NCBI GenBank assembly: GCA_030704615.1
Contig: CM060731.1
Coordinates: 19,468,001-19,532,000, forward strand
Origin: Takakia lepidozioides
Taxonomy: Eukaryota > Plantae > Bryophyta
Length of the DNA stretch: 64,000 nucleotides
Direction of reading: 5' to 3'
This document shows, in pieces, positions 62,301-64,000 of this stretch. Position 1 is the first letter of the stretch; each line of letters opens with the position of its first letter. The notes below the pieces were generated by a model. It did no database searches and was not told the DNA's origin. It saw only the letters and a list, made by a program, of their open reading frames with translations. The position numbers and the translations under genes are program-made.

Positions 62301-64000
62301 CTTACAGAATTCAATATGCATCTCAGGGCCGAGTCTAATGAGAGGGCAAAACAGGCTGAAATAGTCGAAGAAGAAGGTGCCCTCACACATTGTCCTTGAC
62401 AATTCAATATGTAAAGCCGAGTCTGATGAGAGGGAAAAACAGGCTGAAATAGGTCGAAGAAGAAGGTGCCCTCACCACATTCTCCAAGGCCTCCATACCA
62501 CGCCCCTGCTGTGCACACCCTGCAAGCATCGTGTTCCACGTGATGAAAGATCGTTGAGGCATTCTGTTGAACACTTGGTGAGCATCCATGATGCTCCCGC
62601 ACATAACATACATGTTGACAAGGTGTTGACTAGAAAAATATTTGGCGTGCACTTTGGATAATGTGAGTGTGCACCTGCTTTCTAGCTTCACTTGGCCTTT
62701 CATCTTGATGCACTTATGCAAGAGACAGACATATGTATCTGAATCTGCTGAAATGCCTCCTTGGTTTAAAGTCAGTAGAGCCTCTTTCAGTCTGCCTGCC
62801 TCACAAAGCATCTTCACATGCCCATAAGTGCCAGAAGAGGCATTGTGGACTCCCTCTCTTGATCCTCTTCCAGAAGTTGTGGTCATGGTTGAGGTGCCTG
62901 ACTTTATCAACTGTGCCGCTGCAGCTGCTGCCTTTGGCGATGCAACCATGCACCTCTTTGCATCTGGTAATCTGACAGGCATTCACTTGGTACAATTTAG
63001 CTCTGAAGATGTCGCCATGTGGACCTCTTTCCCCTTTTCCAAAGCTGCCAGGGCAGTGTTCAGATTGACATTTGGTACAATTCCAGCTTTGATGATATCC
63101 CCATGCACCTCTTTGCCTTCTCCAGGCCAGCTGCTAGGCTTGCACAAGCATTGCAAATGCACACAAACATGATGTGCTTCCATTGCTCATAGGTCTCCAA
63201 AGCCTCCATTCCACATCCTTGCTGTGCATACCCTGCAAGCACATCATATCGCACTCCACGACACCACATGTCGTTCAGCCATAGTGTCAAACACTCCCTT
63301 TGCATCCTAGATGCACCCACATTTTGCAAACATGTTCACCAGGGTATTGTTCAGAATGTCATCTGGTACAATTCCAGCTCTGAAGATGTCGCCATGCACA
63401 TCTTTCCCCATTTCCAAAGCTGCCAGGGCAGTGTTCAGATTGACATTTGGCACAATTCCAGCTTTGATGATATCCCCATGCACCTCTTGCCCTTTTCTAG
63501 GGCTGCCAGGCTTGCACAAGCATTGCAAATGCACACAAACATGATGTGCTTCCCCCATCATTTGCTCATAGCTCTCCAAAGCCTCCATCCCACTTTCCTA
63601 CCGTGCATACCCTGCAAGCATCACACTCCACGACACCACATCTCGTTCAGCCATAGTGTCGAACACTCCCTTTGCATCCTAGATGCACCCACATTTTGCA
63701 AACATGTTTACCAGGGTATTGTTCAGAATGACATCTGGTACAATTCCAACTCTGAAGATGTCGCCATGGACCTCTTTTCTCTTTTCCAAAGCTGCTAGGG
63801 CAGTGTTCAGATTGACATTTGGCACAATTCCAGCTTTGATGATATCCCCATGCACCTCTTGCCCTTCTCCAAGGCTGCCAGGCTTGCACAAGCATTGCAA
63901 ATGCACACAAACCTGATGTGCTTCCCCCATCATTTGCTCATAGGTCTCCAAACCCTCCATCCCACGTCCCTGCCGTGCATACCTTGTAAGCATCGCACTC
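59315..64000 (-). pseudogene. Head-to-tail array of deleted/scrambled PDF-PPR gene copies, running off the window
   Basis: Repeated PDF exon A (~59590-59700, 60330-60430, 60910-61020, 62140-62250), exon B (~59320-59410, 60680-60740, 61890-61970) and PPR blocks (61280-61800, 62480-62980, 62990-64000), with stops and frameshifts; no E/DYW seen. Confidence 0.88.

Overview
Eukaryotic nuclear DNA from a plant, most likely a non-seed land plant (inferred from the PLS-DYW PPR architecture and transposon types). The first 17 kb is ordinary gene space: a 5'-incomplete epsin/ENTH gene (+), an orphan NEMF/Rqc2 exon, an intronless PTF2-type TFIIB-related gene (-) and a divergent aspartylglucosaminidase gene (+). 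From 18 to 46 kb lies a nested transposon cluster. It includes a pogo-type transposase split at a catalytic Asp by a CACTA element, and an L1-type LINE split by a 15.15-kb TG...CA block with a 5-bp target-site duplication (TSD). That block holds a Ty3/Gypsy internal region whose pol carries a C5 cytosine DNA methyltransferase domain between protease and RT, and a PHD finger after the integrase. A Copia remnant with a MITE follows. The right third holds a truncated flotillin pseudogene, an intact PLS-E-DYW PPR editing-factor exon, a second LINE, and scrambled tandem copies of the PPR gene. Upstream exons give the PPR protein an N-terminal OSB-type PDF ssDNA-binding motif, split by an intron and so missed by the ORF track. 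The two strongest candidates for new biology are the methyltransferase/PHD retrotransposon and the PDF-PPR-DYW fusion family. Scattered 1-2 nt indels, even in the epsin gene, suggest some frameshifts are assembly errors. All calls are by eye, with no searches run.
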